Part shown: positions 59,070 to 64,000 of the stretch, in pieces
Layout of the letters: each line of letters starts with the position of its first letter
How positions within the stretch are numbered: position 1 is the first letter of the stretch
Source: Phaeosaccion multiseriatum
Taxonomy: Eukaryota; Protista; Ochrophyta, other classes
Reading direction: 5' to 3'
Length of the DNA: 64,000 nucleotides
Assembly (NCBI GenBank): GCA_965112735.1
Contig: OZ218960.1
Coordinates: 682,001 to 746,000, forward strand
Notes under the pieces: model-generated
The model's input: the letters and a program-made list of their open reading frames with translations, nothing else
Databases searched by the model: none
Told to the model about the DNA's origin: nothing
Translations under genes and position numbers: made by a program

Positions 59070-60980
59070 CTATTTTCTTGGTAGTGGCGTTCCTGCCATT
59101 GAACTGTCCTGTTCTCTATGATCAAATAGAGACGGCATCCATGCCTTCATGGCATCCTGCACGTCTTGCATTTGAAGTGGGTGGTGGTTTGTGTACACTG
59201 CTTTCCAAAGCGCCTGTACAACGGGGTCGATGATTCCAGTTGTCAGTTTCGCAGCTTCGAAGTAATCTTCTTCACCATAGCCCGTCTGATTGAAGGTTGG
59301 CTCCACATACGGATTCGATATCTCTGGCGAAAAGCGCTCTAGATTGCCTTCGAGTGCAGCACGTACGGTCATTTCAATGGCAGATACATACGGTGGACTT
59401 GCCCACGCCATTTCAAGGTCCTCATGGATAGCCCTGACCAAGCCGCCGCCGACTTGCACCACCGGGTGCAAGAACAGATTGATCAGTTTCTTGGTGTCAG
59501 TGAAGCGATGAATGGCATTAAACACATGGGCAGAAGTACGAGCTCGTCCATCTCCCCAAGCGAAGTACAGAGCAATGGCGCCGTCCTGTTTCGCGATGTC
59601 TTGGTGAAACTCGTGTGTGATGCCCTGGTAGTAGCGATACGCATTCTGGTTTTTCTCACCCCCACCTAGTACGGGAACCGCAACGTCTCTCAAGACGACA
59701 CCATCTTGTAGGATGATCAAGTCGTCGGCGAACTGACAACGCGACACTATTCGATCAACGACTTGGTCTCTCGTCAGCACATCATAAGGGTAGGCCTCAC
59801 CGTCATCCTCTTCGCGAATGTGATGGACAAGGTTTCGGATCAAGTAGCGGTAGCCAGACAAGAAGCCTCCTGCCCCTCTTCGGAAGTCTGGCTCGTGCAT
59901 CAACCAACCAATGTAGTGAACGAATGGATTCTCTGCCGACTGGTACCAATCCGTAGTCGGTGGGAAAGTTGAGTTGAGCGTCAAGCCGCCAGGGACATGC
60001 GACTCGAACCCAGTGGTGATCACAAAGGCCTCACAAGCAAAATCATCCAGCCACGCGGCGATCCTCAGCGCACCGTGAACAATACTGAGCTGCGATGCGT
60101 TCAAGATCGTCTCCAATCCCTGAGTTTGTGGGGGCCGGATGTCTGCGAAAGAATCGACTGTATCAAGAAGTTTGCCGTTTAGGTTCTCTAGCACCTGCAA
60201 GTACTTGACTCTCACGTCGCCAGTGTATCGTGTAACAGAGGAGAGACGATGGGGGTGCTTGCCGTATAGGATCACTCTGTCTGCGACGTCAAAGGTGTTC
60301 TCGGCAACCTCAAAGCCACTGTTTCCATTCCCTAGGATGCAAACCCGACGCTGCTTCGCCATTTCCTTCGTCATGCGCGAGTAAGGAGTGCCTCCCATCG
60401 CCCGAAGGAGCGGCTCTGATTTCTCGCGCAGTCCTGTGGCGACAAAGATGCGACGTCTGGCACAGCGCTCTATTCTGTCGGCTGTAATGACACAGGGCTT
60501 TCCGTCAACGACGCGTTCGACCTCGACGCCATGTTCGACGTTAAGCCCCGCCATGTCCGCCACGCGAGTCATATACCGATGCCAATCGATTCCCTTTGGA
60601 AAGTAATCTTCCGTAACTTCGCGCATCGTCAAAGGAGCCTCCAGCATACTGTGCCAGTCGTACCGAAGTCTCTCTCTCTCGTCCCGCGTCCCCTTATTCA
60701 CCGAGATGAGCTCGCCAAAGACTGGAAATCGGGTCCAGAAGGACCCCACTACGTCCTCTCTCTCCAGAATGGCATAGGAGTAGTTGTACTTTTGCAGAAA
60801 GAGCCCCAGCTGAAGACCGCCTCCTCCCGCACCGATAATCAAATAGTCGGGGACGAGATCAGCAGAAGAGGAAGGATCCGGTTGGAGGGAGGGCGACGGT
60901 CTTGCAAATAAACAACAAGTCGCCAGGACCAGCAGGTACACTACAAGAGACGTCCTGCAGACACGGAAGGGCAACCCCAT
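59070..60980 (-). CDS. FOXRED2: FAD-dependent oxidoreductase (FOXRED2/ERFAD-like), intronless, with signal peptide; likely start ATG 60980 within ORF 59070-61082
   Basis: IIGAGGGGLQLGLFLQ..ILER...GSFWTRFP...LISVNK..LRYDWHSML; ILGNGNSGFE; YTGDVR; AGGFLSGYRY; FLHPV. Confidence 0.8.
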   Translation of the reverse strand: MGLPFRVCRTSLVVYLLVLATCCLFARPSPSLQPDPSSSADLVPDYLIIGAGGGGLQLGLFLQKYNYSYAILEREDVVGSFWTRFPVFGELISVNKGTRDERERLRYDWHSMLEAPLTMREVTEDYFPKGIDWHRYMTRVADMAGLNVEHGVEVERVVDGKPCVITADRIERCARRRIFVATGLREKSEPLLRAMGGTPYSRMTKEMAKQRRVCILGNGNSGFEVAENTFDVADRVILYGKHPHRLSSVTRYTGDVRVKYLQVLENLNGKLLDTVDSFADIRPPQTQGLETILNASQLSIVHGALRIAAWLDDFACEAFVITTGFESHVPGGLTLNSTFPPTTDWYQSAENPFVHYIGWLMHEPDFRRGAGGFLSGYRYLIRNLVHHIREEDDGEAYPYDVLTRDQVVDRIVSRCQFADDLIILQDGVVLRDVAVPVLGGGEKNQNAYRYYQGITHEFHQDIAKQDGAIALYFAWGDGRARTSAHVFNAIHRFTDTKKLINLFLHPVVQVGGGLVRAIHEDLEMAWASPPYVSAIEMTVRAALEGNLERFSPEISNPYVEPTFNQTGYGEEDYFEAAKLTTGIIDPVVQALWKAVYTNHHPLQMQDVQDAMKAWMPSLFDHREQDSSMAGTPLPRK

Positions 60981-61291
60981 GTTCAGGACCAAAGTCATAG
61001 AGCTTGGTGTGCATAAGACCAGGACTGGTAGTTGATCGACGGTTATCGCACAGCCGTCGTTTTTTATTCCGTGTCGTTTCATGGCAGTTTCGTTTTGAGT
61101 TTCGCTCGATCATCTCTCAGCACTCCTCATTCGTGTTTTGCGTATTTGTACTCTGTGACTCCGACATCTAAACAGCCAACAAGGCTCAGAATGCAAAGGC
61201 AACACTTCGACCGTGCTTCTCATGAAGGTACTCCGCCGAGGAGGGTCCCGAAGGATGACGTGAGTACCAGCAGAGCCACAAAACTAGCAGG

Positions 61292-62414
61292 ATGAGAGAT
61301 GGCCGACAGGACAAGGACCCGATTCGATCGGGAAAGATTTTCCATCTGTCTCAGCAGAGTTTGGTCTCGCTTCGATCGCCCCTGCCTCGAATGCGGGCCT
61401 CGCCTGGAGGAGGAGGAGGAGGAGATGCAGGGGGAGGAGGGGGGGGGGCAGCGGGAGGAGCGGGAGGAGCAGCAGCGGGAGGAGGGGGAGAAACAAGAGC
61501 GGCAGCTACAACTGCTCCCCCGGTAGCAGGATCATGGGGTGCACGCCCAACGAGCAGTGGAGGGGGTGGAGGACGTCGAGGGATCGTTACAAATCCTCAG
61601 CCTAGGTCTGCTGGTGGTGGTGCCAGATCGGGCGAGAGGTTTATAGGAAAAGCAGTAGTATCGCTACCCGGGGGTGCAGCAGGGGGAGGGGGACCTTTTC
61701 CCCTTCCTGCCTCCTTCTCACACTCCCACTCACCGAGCTCCGGTACTCAGCAGCAACAGCAGCAGCAGCACTACGCCGCTGTTGCCGCCGACGATCCTCC
61801 TCAGCTCACTCCCGTGTACTGCCCCTCTCCTTTGCGCTCCACCCCCAACGGGAGGAGACCTTCCAATCCACCAGTGCGGAAGGTAAGAAATATGGCAACA
61901 CCATCCGCAGCAGGAGTTGCAGCAGGAGTAGCTTCAAACGAGCAGAGCGCCGGGACCAGCAACAGCAGAAGTAGTAGCGAACAGGAGTTGGTAACGCAGC
62001 AGGAGCAGCTTGTTCGCCGCCCGATCCCAATGTACGGGTCAGCGGGGAAGCGGCCACCACCCGCAGGCTCACGATTAGGTCAGGGGCGCTCAGACTCGGC
62101 CACCGTGGAGCTTGAGCTGGAGCTGAGAGCAGGGCCGAAGGAGGCAGAGGCAGGGCAGGGGTCAGGGCCAGGGTCAGATTCTGGCTTGAGCGCGGGAAAG
62201 GCGATAGGTCGTGGGGGACAGGGGATGCTGCCCCCGCCCCCGCCCTTTTCGCCTGGTTCGGCCTATGCCGCCGCCTCAGCAGGGCGTCGACACGATAAGA
62301 GGGGCGACATTCACAGCAAGTTTATGGGTCTGTTCACCAAGAGTCCCATACCCAAGGCCGTCACCCGACTCCCCGGCTACGAAGTGGGGGTTATGCGGCA
62401 TGGGTACTCCCACT

Positions 62415-62457
<43 letters not shown>

Positions 62458-64000
62458 ACCGAGGGAAGGCGCTTCCCACGCCGCACGTGTCGACCGCACT
62501 CCTGATGCTGCTGCTGGGACTGCTGCTCATCGTCTCGACGCTGATGAAGGGATGAACCCACCTGCCCTGGGGGAGGGGTTTCTCGGAAAGGGAAGAGGAA
62601 AAAGACGGGGCGAGGGACAGGGAGGGGATCACATGGCTGGGGAAAGGGGGCAGGCTGGCATGCGGAGCTGGGGCAGTGGTGGAGAGGAACAAGCGACAAC
62701 GAGGAGGGTTCAGGTGGGAGGGTGCAGAGGGGAAAGGCGTGAGGGAGGCAAGGGTAGGCAAGGTGGAGCGGTGAATGATGGTGTTGGCGACGGCTCGAAT
62801 GGTGAGAGCACCAACACCGGCATGCGCCATGTCCGAGTGGAGGGAGAAGGGGGGCAGGAGCGCCGCGACGATGGTGGGGAACGAGCAGCTGGAGGAGGAG
62901 AAGGAGGAGGGGCGGGCGGGGTAGGGCAGGCAGGACACGCGAGGTCTGCCACACACTCTGCGGTCAGGGCGTCTGGTCCGGCAGCACGCTCAAGGGATGG
63001 GACACATCTTGATGATGAAACTCCTCCTGTGGACCATGCTCCTTCATCTGTGGCCGGCTCCAGCGGGGCGGACTCGTTTGTCGAGGTCGATTCTGTCGGC
63101 GGTGATGGGGTTGTAGGTCTTGGAGGAGGCGATGGTGGTGCCGGGGACGATGAAGAGAACCCCATCCCTGGCTTGGTTCGAGCGGGCGGTGCAGAAGGGA
63201 ATGGGCGGGTTGCATCAGCAGCAGTGGCCAAAGGAGGAGCAAAGGCCGACGAAAGGGACGGGGAGCGAAGGAGGGCGGCGGAAGCTTCAGGTGCTCAGGA
63301 GGGAGTGGCTCCGCCCACCACGGCGGAAGGGAAGGAGGGGGCACAGGAGACACATGATGGTGCGCCGCAGTCGCCCCCGCCTCCATCGCCAGTCAGGAAG
63401 CTCATGCCGAGGAGGCAGTCGCTCCAAGAGAGCAAGAAAGATGGTGCAAGGAAGGCAGGGAAGGGTGGAGCTTCTGTGTCGAGAGGGGCGGCCGCTGGAG
63501 GAGTACCAGTGCCATTGGCAGAGGCGAAAGGAGCAAAGATTGACAGAACAGCAGCAGAGAAGGCGGCGGCGGCAGTGTTGGACGAAGCACAGGTGAGTGA
63601 ACATGCTTCCGCTGCCGCTTTGGGTGTCCTCTATGCCTCCCTCTCCAACCTTTCGCTCGGCTTGCGGCGCTGAGGCTGCTATTTGGACGAATACCGTCTC
63701 CACCCGTCCTTCCATTCTCACCCACACACCATCCCTCTTCTGGCAGTCTTTTACCTCACCCGACTTGTACCTCCATAACCTTTACGCTCTCCCCACCCCC
63801 GCCCCCTCCTCCCCCGCCCCCTCTGCCTTCCTCCCCTCCCCTTCCCCCATTCTGAATCCTCCCTTTAGGTGACCGGGAGGAGCGGCAGTGGTCAGCAGCT
63901 TGATAGGGGGGGGGGGAGGGGCGCCGGAATGGAGAGTGGAAAGAAGACGGGGAGAAGGAGAGGCCAAGATGGAGGAAAGAAGGGAGAAGGTGGGGTAAAC
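61292..64000 (+). CDS. Unidentified G/A-rich low-complexity protein; first exon to ~63592, next exon from ~63869, continues past window
   Basis: 793-aa open frame, donor CAG|GTGAGT at 63593 and acceptor TTTAG at 63868; no recognisable domain. Confidence 0.5.

Overview
Intron-rich, GC-rich, microsatellite-laden eukaryotic nuclear DNA with GT-AG introns. It is probably from a flagellated alga or protist; the taxon cannot be fixed from sequence alone. Recognisable genes: bifunctional BIO3-BIO1, a RAD51B-like paralog, a CFAP52-like WD40 protein, an ankyrin-like 'CPWD' repeat protein plus a pseudogene paralog, a divergent AMMECR1-domain protein head-to-head with a ZFAND1-like gene, a mitochondrial carrier plus a partial pseudogene duplicate, a secreted P-domain/Cys-rich protein, a Man1/Src1-like nuclear membrane protein and an intronless FOXRED2-like oxidoreductase. 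The most striking region is 11.4-24.9 kb: a tandem array of four near-identical genes for a Cys-rich-ectodomain seven-transmembrane (GPCR-like) protein. Their differences are mostly non-synonymous and cluster in TM2/3/5/6/7. Each copy is preceded by a conserved 50-bp inverted-repeat element. One copy has a 5'-truncated CRE-like restriction-endonuclease (RLE) non-LTR retrotransposon inserted there with a 10-bp target-site duplication. A dispersed motif, (GT)ATCACCAAC(TG), is strongly over-represented across the window. All exon structures and family assignments were made by eye from motifs, not from database searches.
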